The notes under the pieces were generated by a model. The model did not search any database, was not told where the DNA came from, and was given only the letters and a program-made list of their open reading frames with translations. A stretch of 61,422 nucleotides of DNA, filler included, from Vannella sp. (taxonomy: Eukaryota), in the NCBI GenBank assembly GCA_023345925.1. It is 4 parts of 4 records of this genome, joined end to end, with 100 filler letters (N's around TTAATTAATTAA, not from the genome) between each part and the next. Parts side by side here need not be neighbours in the genome. Positions count along the whole stretch, not along the records: positions 21,101 to 38,792 come from JAJQQN010000456.1; 3 more parts are not named here. One strand, given 5' to 3'. Below, one piece after another: positions 25,260 through 37,587 of the stretch. Position numbers and translations under genes: made by a program. Within the stretch, counting starts at the first letter, position 1; every line of letters begins with the position of its first letter.

Positions 25260-25831
25260 ATGTTCCAGGCTGGTTGGGCGTCTCTGAGGTCGGGTTGGTG
25301 ATCGCCGGCTTGGTTGGTTGGAGTGTGCTGATGGGGATGCTCAAGGGGGCCTCTCTGGAGCTGTGGTGATGCCTTGGCAAGTACAGCTTCGATTTGCTTC
25401 GAAGAAGGCGATGGGAAGCTCGAAGAATGGACGTGATAGCAACCCGAAGTACCGAGGAGTGAAGAAGAACCATCTGCAGCATGTTGAGGTACTTGGAAGC
25501 TTTCTTTAGCCCTCTCATGGAGCCTGACCACTTGATTAAGGTTGGAAACATCATCATTCGACAGGTGGGAAGCAACTTCCATGCAGGAGAGCACGTGGGC
25601 AGAGGAAGGGACTTCACTTTGTACGCAAAAGCTCCTGGTAGGGTTGTCTACGAGTCTTCTCGCTTCAAGAACAAGAAGAGCTTCATCCACATTGTTCCTG
25701 ATCCTGATTGGGACAAGAAGACCCGCTTCTTCCCACTTCTTGGCCACAACAAACAGGCCACCATTATGCATCAATGCCTTGGCATGGAGGTGATCCCAAA
25801 GGAGCAACAGCAGAGTACAGATAACAGCTAA
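25260..25831 (+). CDS. MRPL27: Mitochondrial ribosomal protein bL27m
   Basis: [26 protein letters not shown] and [29 protein letters not shown]. Introns 25294-25345 and 25489-25540 keep frame from ATG 25260. Confidence 0.92.
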
Positions 25832-25899
25832 GTCTCTGACCATCCAATACACCCTCATCCACCTCGAAGACCCTCTCCAAAGCCATTTGGTGGCCGCCC

Positions 25900-27204
25900 A
25901 TGGCATTGAGGGGGATCGAGCGGCGATTAGAAGGGCCACTGCGCTCCATATGTGTTGCTGGACGTACGATGTCAAGTAGTGACGAAGATCATGAAGGGTT
26001 CGTTGGGTTTAACCCTTTAAAGAGGCTTCTGGGATCACTGGGAGAGGAGAAAGGGTCTTTCAGGCTGTTCTCTGGACCTCTGTCCTCGCACTACCTCTTG
26101 GTACCTCTCAAATCTAACCAAAGTCAAACCATCTACGGTTGGGGAAGATCACAAGAGGGACAGCTCGGGCCTGAAGCAATCATCGACGGACATGTCGATC
26201 GCAGCTGTCCTCAAGCGATCCCCGCTCTCTCCCTCTCTACCAGTCCATTGCAACACGCTTCATGTGGACCATACCATACCCTCACTTCCTTTCAAGATGG
26301 GACGATCACTACAATGGGAAGGAACGAGCACGGAGAGCTTGCCTCCGACTCGCCTTCTTTGGTGCATTCCTTTCGTCTTCCTTTGGGATTGGCTGTCGAG
26401 GAGTTGGCTGCAGGTACAGAGTTCAGTGTAGTTCTGAGCAGCTGCGGAGGAGCTTATGCGTGGGGGCGAAACACGGAGGGCCAGCTGGGAAGGGGAACAA
26501 GTCAGGAAGCTTCTTCCTCCCAACCGCTCCTTGTCCAGTTACCACGTGATGCTGGACCTATTACGTCAGTGTCTGCTGGATGGGGCCATACACTGGCTAT
26601 ATCTAAGGCTGGAGGTGTCTATGCTTGGGGAGCTAATCGACATGGACAGTTGGGACTCGGACATTCCTCCCTCAACGAGAGCTTTCCCCAGCTCGTTCAG
26701 CTCCCTCCTCCATTCACCTTTGACTCAAAGCAATCACTGGATAGAATACTACTCAAAGCAGTGCAAGTGGCCTGTGGAGGGTGCTACTCGATGATGCTAG
26801 CCGAGGAAGTTCACTTTCCCACCAAAAGTCACCTTTTTGTTTGGGGCAGCCACAAGGACGGCAAGCTTGGCTTTGGTACTGACATATCACAAGATGCCTT
26901 AGTACCAACGGTACTCCCACTATCTCAGGTAATGGAGATCTCCTGTGGCTGTGACCACAGCGTCGCCATGGACAGTAAGTGAGTTCTTGAATATCTGACA
27001 GTTTCTGACACTCTGACAGTTCACGGGACTCTTTTCGGATGGGGATTTACTCAGCATTTGTCTTTGGGGTCCGGTTGGGCTCGAGAGAAGGCTGATAGTC
27101 CCAGAATACTCGAAAAAGCACTTTCACGAAGGGCCACCCTGCACCCTCAGCATCTCCTTTGCAGTCAAGATGATACTTTCATTCAGTTCTCTGAGAAAGA
27201 GTGA
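25900..27204 (+). CDS. RCC1-repeat beta-propeller protein
   Basis: Repeated WGRxxEGQLG, SCGPYHT, SAGWGHT and CGCDHS motifs. A short last exon follows an intron at about 26975-27020. Confidence 0.88.
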
Positions 27205-27278
27205 CTTCGACTTCCATCCGACTGGGGATCATTGAAGTCCTTCAGAGGACTTTCTCAGATAATACTCTTTTTCCCTCT

Positions 27279-30200
27279 TCATCTGGAAAGGGCGGGGTGA
27301 GACTCATCCGTCCGCGATGGGAGGGTTCGTACCTCTTCTGTTGAGCTATTGATATTGTTGATCCATTCTTCCGCTTCAACGTGCGTGGGAACGGACACGA
27401 GGAAGCTCAAGGAAGGCGAAATAGAGAGCCAAAAGCAGATCTTCTGGCCGCTAAACGGAGCTTCCGATGCCTGAAGCTGGCAGGAGTTCCAAACATCCAA
27501 GGGGACGTCGTCCTTATCTGACTTATAGCTCTTGAGAATGCCGTCTCGGAGAACCAGATAACGGCTCTTCCAAGTGGAGAGAACTAACTTCTTCTTCTTC
27601 TGCATTAGCACGTATCCTTCTAAGTGCGGCTTTTCCGTTGACAGCGGACTTGAATGGAACGCGACAGGCGATGAATTGGGATACAGTGACCGGCGTCCGG
27701 AACCCAAAGAACCCAAAGAACCCAAAGAACCCACAGAACCAAGAGAGTCGGAGTCACTTGACGGAGATTCCTGGAGCCACTCGAAGGAGTGTAGGGCAAT
27801 ACTGATGGCTGACAACCATTCGGATCTCTCTTTCTCGGTCTGAGCGGCCAGTAAATAGTCGCGGTTCTTATCTACTTCGTGGATTCGGATGCCGAATGGA
27901 AAGTTCTTTCCTCCAGAAACCCGATCTGGCCTGTAGCAAAGCCGGAGGTTGATAAATCCTGCGCATTGTCGATCCTACAGTCAAGTCAGATGGATGCAAA
28001 GATGATTCAGAAGGTCCAGACTTACTGTGACTCCACGGAAGTAATAAATGTTGCCTCCTTTTAGGACAAAGTAGCGTCGGGACCATCGTTTCACGAGGTT
28101 CCCTTTCTTACGCAGGAATCCAACTTTGTCCGGATTCATAAGATCGAAAGAGGCCACCGAGATTTTGGGTCTCAGAGTCTCTCCACGATCTCGGAGAGTG
28201 CACCATGAAGAGGAAATATCGCTTTCTTCACTCATAGTATCCTCTGAAGGTGCTGAATCCCAGATGCCAAAGGAATGGTATTGATTGGGCTCGCTGATGT
28301 CCTCTTGCGAGACCTCCACCAGGTCGTCCAGGAAAGGATGTTCTCCCAGTTCTTCCAGTTCTCCCATGGGAATGATAACATCAGTAGTAGAAGCGGGGGC
28401 TTTCTCGGCATTACATCGGACTTGGATGCTGTTTTTACTGACGAGGTGATAGGTGGACTCGATTGCCTTCTCCCACATCTCACAGTTATCAGGGTGGGAC
28501 GCATAAAACAAGAAGCACTCATTAGTCACTCCTTTCGCCTGGATAGCGAAGAAATTGGAGGCGGGAGGAACGTCTTCTGGCCATTCTCTTTCTGTGAGAC
28601 TGACCAACGAAGTCTGCTTGAGAGAGATGTCCATCCTGCTATGTTCTGTCGGTTCATTGGAAAGAAAGAGATGGAGAGAGTCTTCAGTAAGGACGGCATG
28701 CCATTCCTGAAGCTGAAGATGAACCAGTGAATCATCCAACTTCTCCTTTGTGTTCGAATGCATTTGGAGCGGGCCACTTCGTGCTGGATGCTTTAGACCG
28801 ACCAGGAGAATTGTATTCGAGTTAACCTGTACTTCACGCAATGAGGGAGAGACTAATCGAGCTGGGCGCCTCACAAAGGAGAGTCCGGCTAACCATCGCA
28901 AGAAAGAGTCTTCCGAAGAGGAAGAGCAGCTCCACTCCATCCCGACTACTTCATTGCGCAGAACAAAGAGAAGATTGGAGTGATCCACTCGAATGTCCGC
29001 TCCAAGAACGCTGAGGAACTTTGGATAAGGCACCTCTTCGAGAAAGTAGAATATACACGTTCTAAACAGGTACACTTGGCATCTGAATGTTCCAGGCTCT
29101 GTAGAATCAGCGACAGTAAGCAGAGAGGAGAGAACAGGACCAAGTGCTTGAAGGTCACTTTCAGAGTGAATGGGAAGATTCTGTGGGAAATCCGCTTCTG
29201 GTGTACCTGGGGGCAGTGGAGACATTGTCAGTTGGTACGAGTGTGCGGTTGAAAGGTGTTTTGCTTCATCTAGTAGCGGCAGTTTGGTGTTGGGAGGAGA
29301 CATTGGGTGGACAATAGTCCGAAGTGACCGAACCCATTGGGAGGCGCACTCGCAGCTGTCCGCTTGAAAGTATTCGATGTTTCCTGCAAGCGTCATAGAG
29401 AAGAGGGAGGAGGTGGCGCCACCCGGTTGTTCAACCGCAGCGCCGTCTCTCAACTTGATGACTTGAAGCGCAGCATCTCTGTTCATCGTTTTGGCATCCC
29501 TTGACATAAACACAAGGCTACCATCTCGGAGGAGAGTACAGTAGATGGAGGGTCCCCGCTCTTGATCAGGCAAGGTAGAACTTCTCACACTAAGTGCGTC
29601 GTTTGGCTTTACAACGGCGAGGACTCCCTCCAGCAGGACGTCTTCGTTCTCTATATCCTACAGAGGGTAAGTGTTCGCTAAAGGAGATGCTGTCTTGAAC
29701 GAACCTCCCAGCGAAAGGTGAGAGTCGGTCTTGACCGCTGTCCGGATGTTCGGGGCTCGGTCAGTTGTTGAGCTAGCAGCTCTCTGAGACCCAATAGAAG
29801 TTCAGAATCCTCCAGTGAATCTCGTAGGTACGGGATGAAGGTGATTAGAACTGCAATGCACCATAATGTACCAAAGATACCGTCCAGTAGGGTCACAGTA
29901 ACTCTGATGATGCCGTAGTAGCTCATAGCAACACAGTAGGAACCAAGTAGTGCCATAAAGCACACGGGAAAGGAGTGCCAGCCACTCAGCTCTCTCCGAA
30001 GAGACCTCGAAACGATAACAGATCCTGCCAATGCCCATTCCAGGAGCTCCCACTCGTCTTTCAGACGCCTCGTACGACAATCCAGACCTAATATATCATT
30101 GATAAACAGTCTGTCAAGCATGAGAGCCCCCACAGGACCATCAGATATGCGAAAAGGGACAAAGAAGGCGCAGCAGATCGAGAGTGCCAACAAGAAGATC

Positions 30201-30442
30201 CAGACCCATCCACACCACCAACTCACACCTAGAACCTACACCCCTGGTTATTCTCCAACGTCAGACGCCCACCCAGAGGGGCAACGCACCCCGTAAAACA
30301 AACCAGACTGGACCACCGAGCGGCAAAGGAGGATGTCGCGGATGTGCACAACAGACCACGCCAAAGGAGCAACCCGCTGCTTGATGTTCGACACAAACAT
30401 CGCCACCTCCACTTCCGCATCAAAGTGCGGACTCTGCTTCAT
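27279..30442 (-). CDS. N-terminal membrane domain + multiple (about 5) PH domains, multi-exon
   Basis: Hydrophobic exons 29678-30442 splice (WE|DIENEDVLLEG) into the PH-rich ORF 27981-29588. PH motifs KVGFLRKKGNLVKRWSRRYFVL and LEGYVLMQKKK..WKSRYLVL..EEWINNI. Confidence 0.7.
27700..27744. repeat. Coding 9-bp tandem repeat (GAACCCAAA), encoding SLG repeats
   Basis: Three perfect copies plus degenerate copies. Confidence 0.85.
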
Positions 30443-30550
30443 GTTCGTCCCCCCAGAGAGCCAAAAAATGCCGTTAGGCGGTCCCTGTGGCTTCCTGCTC
30501 CGTTGTAAGGGCTTTTCTGATGTAGGAAGGGGTGTAATGGCTGGATCTCT

Positions 30551-32746
30551 ATGTTTTGGGATCATTTGGGGGCTTCCAGGACCATGCTGTTGGGTCGGTC
30601 TTGGAAGGGGCCGGGCTTGAGAGGGCCGTTGTGGATCAGGTTCCAGTTGGTGGCTGGTTTAGGCGCGGTAAAGAGCTCTTCAGGGACTGCGGTGCGACGA
30701 CCGGTGTCGGAGGAGGCTTTAAAGTACTTGGTTTTGGGTGGAAAGGGCGACGGAGGTGGCGATGGGGACCTTTCGAAGGATCTGGAGGACAATCAGGAAG
30801 GAAAGGTATCGATTGATGTCCTAGCAAAGCAGTTGATTCGGCAAGGAGAGCTGGAGACTGCTCTGCGCCTTGCAAAGCAGAACCCAACGGAAGTGAAGGC
30901 CTCTACCTACAACCTACTCCTCCACGACCTCTACGGAGCCCAGAAAAGTGATCAAATGATGGATCTCTTCGAGTACATGCTCTCAAATGACATCCACGCC
31001 TCCACAGGAGCTTTCAATCTCACTTTGCAAGTCCTTTGCCAAGGGCGCAAGTGGAGGCGTTCCCTCCAGCAACTGGAGCTCATGAAGGAGAAAGCAGTGC
31101 GTCCTGATGTAATCAGCTACTCAACCGTGATCGAGGGACTATGCCAAGCAGGGGAACGCAACAGAGCGGTCAGTTTGATAGAACAAATGCACACAGAAGG
31201 CGTTGTTGCCAACCAATTCACCTACACTGCTCTCATCAAAAGCTTCTGCGAAGACAATCAATGGAAGTTTGCCCTCCAAGTCCTCCAGCAGATGAACCTG
31301 TCCAAAGTTCTGCCGGACGTCGTCACGTACACGATCTTGATTGATGCGTTATGCCGGAATAATTGTATGAAGGAAGTGGCTGATCTAGTGGATCTGATGC
31401 ACCGTACCAATGTTGTACCGGACGTTGTCACTTATAATACTCTTCTGCGGCATCATTGCCAGCATAATCAGCACAATCTTGTTGAAACAACTCTCTCACA
31501 GATGAAGGAAAGTGGAATGGAGCCGAATATTGTGACGTACAATATCCTTATGACTGATTTATGCCGCCAGAAGAAGCACTTGGAAGCTTTTAACATGCTT
31601 CAGGAGCTTCGGACGAATCCTTCTCTTCGTCCAGACGCCACAACGTACAACATCCTTATCAGATACCTGTGTGAGAGTGAAGGGATAGCAACTGCTGAGA
31701 AACTCTTGGCGCAGATGGTCCAAGAAGGAGTGTCCCCGGATGTATTCACTTTCAACATTATGATTGGGGCTCTGGCAAGTTCTAATTTCCCTCTTGAAGC
31801 CCGCGCTATGGTACAGGACATGAAGCAGTACAATCTCAAGGCCAACATCTTCACATTCAACACTCTGATAAGTTGTTTCTGCCGGTCTAATCTTCAAGAT
31901 CTGGCATTGGAGACTTTGGAGGAGATGAAAGGAATGGGAATCTCCCCGGATGTTATCTCGTACACTACCATTATCAGCGGGTTCACTCGAGTGAACCAGC
32001 ACGAACGGGCGTTGGAAATAGTGAGGAAAATGACGGAGCAAGGCATCACTCCCAATGTGTTTACCTACAACTCACTTGTGAATGGCTTCTGCCAGGCTGA
32101 AAAGTACGACCAAGCCATGCAACTAGTCACGCAAATGGGGAAATTACGAATTAAGGCCGATGCAGTCACTTTCAATACTCTCATTCGCTCCTTCGGCCGC
32201 AGCGGACAGACTGCCAAGGCTTTGGAGGCTCTCGCGATAATGAAAAGCATGGGCATTCACGCTAATGTCATCACCTACACCACTTTGATTGACACCTTTT
32301 GCCACGCCCAGCAGCTAGACCAGGCTGTTCAAGTCTTAGCGGATATGCAAGTGGCTGGGGTCCGTCCCAACCCTCAGACTTTCAATACTTTGCTCAAAGG
32401 CTTGTGCCACGCGCAGATGCTTGATCGGGCCATGGAAGTTTTGGAGCAAATGGAAGAGAGTGGAGTGTCACCGAATGTCTTCATCTTCAACACGCTCCTA
32501 AGCGGACTATTTTTCCTTAACCGAGGGGAGCAGGCTTTCGCATTAGTTCAAAAGATGGAAGCTACAGGTGTTCGGAAGAACAGCAATACCTATCGAATGA
32601 TTCTGGCTTTCAAACTCCGCCAAAGTCCTGCAGAGGCTTTGGCCTTTGCCAAAGAGATGAAAAGAGACAAATACCTGCAACCTGATCAAAGTCTCAAGTT
32701 GCTTTTAGCCAAAGTGGCAGAGTTCGCCCATAAAAGAAGCACGTAG
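30551..32746 (+). CDS. Pentatricopeptide repeat protein (about 16 P-type repeats), probably mitochondrial
   Basis: 35-aa repeats PDVISYSTVI, PDVVTYNTLL, PNVFTYNSLV. Arg/Gly/Leu-rich N-terminus. Confidence 0.95.
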   Translation: MFWDHLGASRTMLLGRSWKGPGLRGPLWIRFQLVAGLGAVKSSSGTAVRRPVSEEALKYLVLGGKGDGGGDGDLSKDLEDNQEGKVSIDVLAKQLIRQGELETALRLAKQNPTEVKASTYNLLLHDLYGAQKSDQMMDLFEYMLSNDIHASTGAFNLTLQVLCQGRKWRRSLQQLELMKEKAVRPDVISYSTVIEGLCQAGERNRAVSLIEQMHTEGVVANQFTYTALIKSFCEDNQWKFALQVLQQMNLSKVLPDVVTYTILIDALCRNNCMKEVADLVDLMHRTNVVPDVVTYNTLLRHHCQHNQHNLVETTLSQMKESGMEPNIVTYNILMTDLCRQKKHLEAFNMLQELRTNPSLRPDATTYNILIRYLCESEGIATAEKLLAQMVQEGVSPDVFTFNIMIGALASSNFPLEARAMVQDMKQYNLKANIFTFNTLISCFCRSNLQDLALETLEEMKGMGISPDVISYTTIISGFTRVNQHERALEIVRKMTEQGITPNVFTYNSLVNGFCQAEKYDQAMQLVTQMGKLRIKADAVTFNTLIRSFGRSGQTAKALEALAIMKSMGIHANVITYTTLIDTFCHAQQLDQAVQVLADMQVAGVRPNPQTFNTLLKGLCHAQMLDRAMEVLEQMEESGVSPNVFIFNTLLSGLFFLNRGEQAFALVQKMEATGVRKNSNTYRMILAFKLRQSPAEALAFAKEMKRDKYLQPDQSLKLLLAKVAEFAHKRST

Positions 32747-32775
32747 CAAGGCAATGCGGAAGATTTTTCAAATCA

Positions 32776-35700
32776 TCACATGTCCCACTCGTCGTCATCA
32801 TCCCACTTCTCGTCTTCTTCGTCTGTTTGCTCAATGTGGATTCTGCGGGAATCCATGGCCTTCATGAGGAGCCCCACCATATCCCCGCTGTCTTCCATTT
32901 GAATTTCTTTCCTTGCACGAGTTGTGGTTTGTTCTCTCTGGGACCGAGTGGGTCAGTTGGAGGTCAATAATGTTGCTACCTGACTCTTACCTTCTTTAAC
33001 TTGAAGCTGAGCATTTCTTCGTGCATGGACAAAGGACTTTCTTCGCTTGGCTTGGGGGTTCCTCTGCTTACAGGGGCTCTTCGAGCGACTGCTGTCGCTG
33101 GGAGAGCAGCTGGAGGGAGTTGCATTACTGGAGGGGGCGGTGGTGGCAGAGGCGCTGGAGGGGGAGGAGCGGGAGCAGGAGGGGCCGGCTTTTGCACAAT
33201 GACTGGAGGTGCGGGAGGGGCCGAAAGTTCAGCGTCTTCAATGAAGATATCCATTTTGCGTTCTGCAAGCTCAAAGGCGAGTTCAAGGTCATCCGATGAC
33301 TCGATTACTACAAGATCGTCCACATCGTCTTTGTACTTGATGGTGACACCCTTCAGATCCAGTGTGACTTGGTACTTGGCTGAAAGTTGCGAAAGAAGAT
33401 TTGGAAGGCTTGTGGAGGTTGACACTTTGATGATGACACTCTTTCCTTTGTAGTTGGCTTTCACAATCTTACTATCTCCTCCAGGAGATGGCATGGCCGC
33501 TGGTGAGTCAATTACTTTTTGCAAAACCGCTGGAGTAGGAGCGGGAGGGCTCTCAATGTTACTTTCGCTTTCAATTGGATTTGGCACACTTGCTGGAGCA
33601 GGGATGCTGCTATCGATTGTTTCCACCTGGATTACTATCTCTTCCATCGGCGGTGAGTCTTTGGTGAAGTCTAAGTGTTTGGAAAGACTTTCCTCCTCAT
33701 TCACTGGAAGATCGATTGTAATCTCTACTTCCTCTTTCAAAATATCCGGAAGACTTGCTGATATGTTGGGTGTATCAGGTATGTCAGACATTTCAGGTAC
33801 AGACATGTCAGACATTTCAGGTACAGACATGTCCGACATTTCAGGCATGTCGGGCAAATCAAACACATCAGATTGGCCCAATTCCTTTGGCAAATCCTCT
33901 CTCAGAATCAAAGTCGTCTCTGATTCCGTGGGCTCTGGGAGCTGAACAATTCCGTCAAATTGAAGGTCCTCCACAAGAATTTTTTGTGTAATTGATGGAG
34001 AGGAGGAGACCTCAAGGGTGGGAGCTGGAAGTCCCAGGTAGGAATCGGTTTCATCAAGAAGAGATTGGTCCACGCTCAAATCGCCCAGACCAAGGTCACC
34101 ACCAAAGTCCATTAAAGAGGAAAGATCGTCTAGTTCGTTGGTGAGACCAGCCAACGCTTCTTCTTCGTCCTGTTGCTTTTGCCTTTCCGCCTCAAGAGAC
34201 TCTTGAATCTCCCTTTCCTTTTCAGCTCGGAGTTTCTCTTGCTCTTCTCGCTCACGTTTTGCTATTTCTTCCTGTTCTCGCTGTCGCTGTTCTTCAATGA
34301 TTCTCAGTTTGTCTTCCTCCTCTTGATTCTTCTGCCATCTTTCTCCCTCCAACCGAAGAGCTTCCAGTCGTTTTCTCTCTTCTCTTGGATCGAGTTCCAC
34401 TGCCGGTGCCAGCTCCAGCTTTCGTACTTCTTCCGGAGGAGACAAAAGTTGGGCTTTCTTCCACTCGTAATAGAGATACTCTGGCGAGGTCTCGTGGAAA
34501 AGGAATCTGCCAGCGCCAAGTTAGTCTCCTTCAAGTCTTTCTGTCTTTGGTGTGTTCTCACTCAAACTTGCCAGGTTCGCCAAATTGTTTCTGTTTGATT
34601 TGCGTTTCTGTTTCCTGACCGCGCGTGGCGACTATTGTTGCGAGCTTGTCGATGAAGGTGCGCATTTCTTCATCTGCTGGAGGTTTAGGAGGAGCTGGAG
34701 GTTGAGGTTCTGGCTCGGGGGCGGGAGTCTCTTTGATTGTCTGGACTGGTTTCTTGGCATAGTGGTAATACAGGTAGTCAGGAGAGGTTGGATCATACAA
34801 GAAGCTGTTAGTGATGGTCAGATAATTGCGAAAGGGCGGAGCTCGACATAGCTCACTCATAAGTGGGGTTGCCATAGGTACGCTCTATCAACTGGCCCTC
34901 ATATTCTGGTCCTTTCTCCGCAATAATGGCTGCCAGCTTATCAATAAGCGCTCGACGGGCCGCATCTGCTGGAGGTTCAGGCGCCAGAGGTTCTTCTTCT
35001 TCGTGAACAGGTTCCTCTTCAGGAGGACCTCCAAGAAACACTTTCATTTGGCGATAATAACGGTTCTCCTCTGAGCGATCAAATAGGAAGCTGGGAGCCG
35101 GTTAGTAGCTCATCAGAACGAACCTAAACTGTGTTTCATAGCTCACTGGAAGTTGGCGTGGCCTTTCTTGTTGCTCTTCAGAGTCTCTTCGAACTCAGCC
35201 CCGCGAGTTACAACAACAGCGGCCAACTTATTGATAAAGTCTACTGAATCGGAATTCGCTGGAGGTTGTGGTACTTCCGGCTCCTCTTCCGATGTGGTAG
35301 GAGTGTCTTCTCCTCGTCAGTAAAGGAACCTCTCCCTCCGTCCCTTGGAGGACTCACCGATAATGGAGACTATTTGAATAGCAAGCTCCGCTCTTCGGAT
35401 CTCTTGTTGGTCGTTTCCTTGTGCCAAAGTGGAGAGGCTCCTTATCAGCTCCATTCCATTCGCATTGGCCAATAGTGAGATATTACTCTCTGGGGAAAGT
35501 CACTGTTAACCTTCTGGAGGTGATAAATGAAGAGAACTCAAACTCACCCGAGTTGCTGATTAAGTTACTGAGCACAGAAAGGATGGCGGTCTGCCTATCA
35601 ACACTGCTACCCTTCAGAAGACTGGAGAGGTGAATTACAGCGCCATCCTGAATGGACAACTCTTTGACCTCGTCAGAGGTGGAGACTATCTCATACACTT

Positions 35701-37321
35701 GAAGGGCCTTCAAAATATAACTCTCCTCTCCAGAGAAAGCAAAGCTCAACAGCTTAACCAGTCCTTGAGCGCCTGCGAAGGACTGAATGGCTTTTGCTAA
35801 TCATCACAGTCATGGTCATGTGGGGTCCTTCTGGAGCACACTTACCATTATCAAGAAAGATGGGCAATAGTGTGAATGCCACAAGTATGCCTGTGCGGTC
35901 TGGAAAGTCAAGAAGAGCTACTAACGAAGAAATGGTGTCCTGCTCCTTCAAAGCAGCTAACATGGCTGGTTCTTTGCTCCATTGGAACAATAATGGAACC
36001 GCAGCAGTCACTGGACCTGCCTGTTTGGATCTGATAGCGTCCAGGAACACAGGCAATCCTCCTCCTGCAATGAATTCTCGGCGCCGGGCATCTTTTCAAT
36101 GTTACTAAATACCTTGCTGAAGGTAGAACTCTCCATTGAGATGGCTTACCATCATTCAATACACTTCGGAAGATAAACAGGACGTCCTCAAGGGTTTCTG
36201 AAGAGACGTCTGGCCGCTTAGATTCATCCAGAAAGATTTTGAGCGGAACAACAGCCAGTAAAGCTTGGGGATTGTCTAAGTCGGGAGGCCTTGGTGATTA
36301 GCAGCGTTCAATAGTGGAGAGGAGTCCTTACGGGCAGATATAACGCTGAATAAGTGCATCACCATTGAGGCTATCACAGGGTGATGGGAACTCGCTAAGG
36401 TGAACGTGCGAAGGAGCGGTTTGATTCCTCGAGAAGTTATTTCCTCCACTGCAAACTCACAGAGGAGAAGGGAGGAGAGGACGTTAAGCACATAAGTGAA
36501 CATAACTTCCTCTGTCTGCAGTGGAAGGGTGAGGAGCATGCGCAGAAAGACGAGCGTCCCCTCCTCTCTAAGGAATGCCTCCTGATTGTGATGGGGTTCA
36601 CAGTCGGTAAGGACATTGTTGATAGCCTTCAGAGCCATCTTTTGAACGCGAATATCAGTGGATTGTACCATTCTTAGCAGAGCTGGCACTCCCCCTTCCT
36701 CACGAACGATCTCACGGACTTGGGCTAGAACTCTCTCAGCATGCAGAGGAAGCCATCAGAGGTGACTTACGGGTACTAGTCATGTTAATGAGAAGCCAAG
36801 CAGCCTTCACCTGAACCAAAGGCTCCGTTTCAGCCTGAAGAAGAGCGATGATGAGCATCATGATGCTTGCAGCAAGGATATCAGCCGTTCCCTGCTCTAT
36901 CGGTGGCCCCAGTACCATTCAGTACCTTCCAAAGGGCTCCATAGAGATCTAGTACTAACCAAGGACGGAAATATTGATCAATCCGTTGAGTGCCTCCACT
37001 TTAAGATGTTCATCGTCCTCCAAAAGGAGATCTACGAGGGCTGAGATGGCTCCCGCTTCATAGAAGTCCTCCTCATGTCCAGGATCTAAAGGCTTGTTAG
37101 TGGGGAGGGTGTGGCGAAGGAGCATCCGTACTGGCTGCGCGGTTGGCGATCTCCCGTGCCGCTGCAACAACGAAGGTGTTGGGAACGTTCTCATCGTTGA
37201 TGGCAAGTACAAGGCGAACGATCTGCTCTAACGGAAACTGTGCGAGCTTCGCTGCTGCCTTGTTTGGCCTTACTTTCGTGTACGTTGCCGTGACAAACAG
37301 CCCCGCATCGCACATCGTCAT
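32776..37321 (-). CDS. ARM repeats + 3x SURP + coiled coil + PB1 + poly-Pro + WH2-C-A (candidate Arp2/3 nucleation-promoting factor), multi-exon
   Basis: ARM exons (EAGAISALVDLL, EEGGVPALLRMV, GGGLPVFL, DGAVIHLSSLL) are joined by intron 35307-35357 to SURP repeats (IDKLAAIIAEKGPEYE..FLYD..YLYY). PB1 motif IKYKDDVDDLVVIESSDDL. WH2 MHEEMLSFKLKK. Last exon MVGLLMKAMDSRR..EEDEKWDDDDEWDM*. Confidence 0.8.
33781..33851. repeat. Coding 24-bp tandem repeat (about 2.8 copies; MSDMSVPE)
   Basis: atgtcagacatttcaggtacagac repeated. Confidence 0.9.
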
Positions 37322-37587
37322 CCTGTGCCGAGCCCACCGAGGAGGCGAAAATATGACCAAGTTCAAAATATCTGATAAATATCTCTCGTGATCATTGATT
37401 GGTGGAAAGGGATGGAGCGCGCTGCTTCGAGGGGTCGCGTAAGTGAAGAGAGCTAGGGAGATGTTCAAAGGCTGACTTGTTGTATTGTAGGCCTCACGTG
37501 GGAGTGGGAGGAGAGATAATGTTCGCCCTGGTGAGTAGGGCTGTTGAGAAGGATGGAGAGTTAACCTTAACTCTTGGGCAAGAGCGT

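Noticed and set aside
30900..32600. Regular periodicity of about 105 bp that could suggest a repeat array or CRISPR
   Set aside because: Explained by 35-aa PPR coding repeats; there is no identical DNA repeat-spacer structure.
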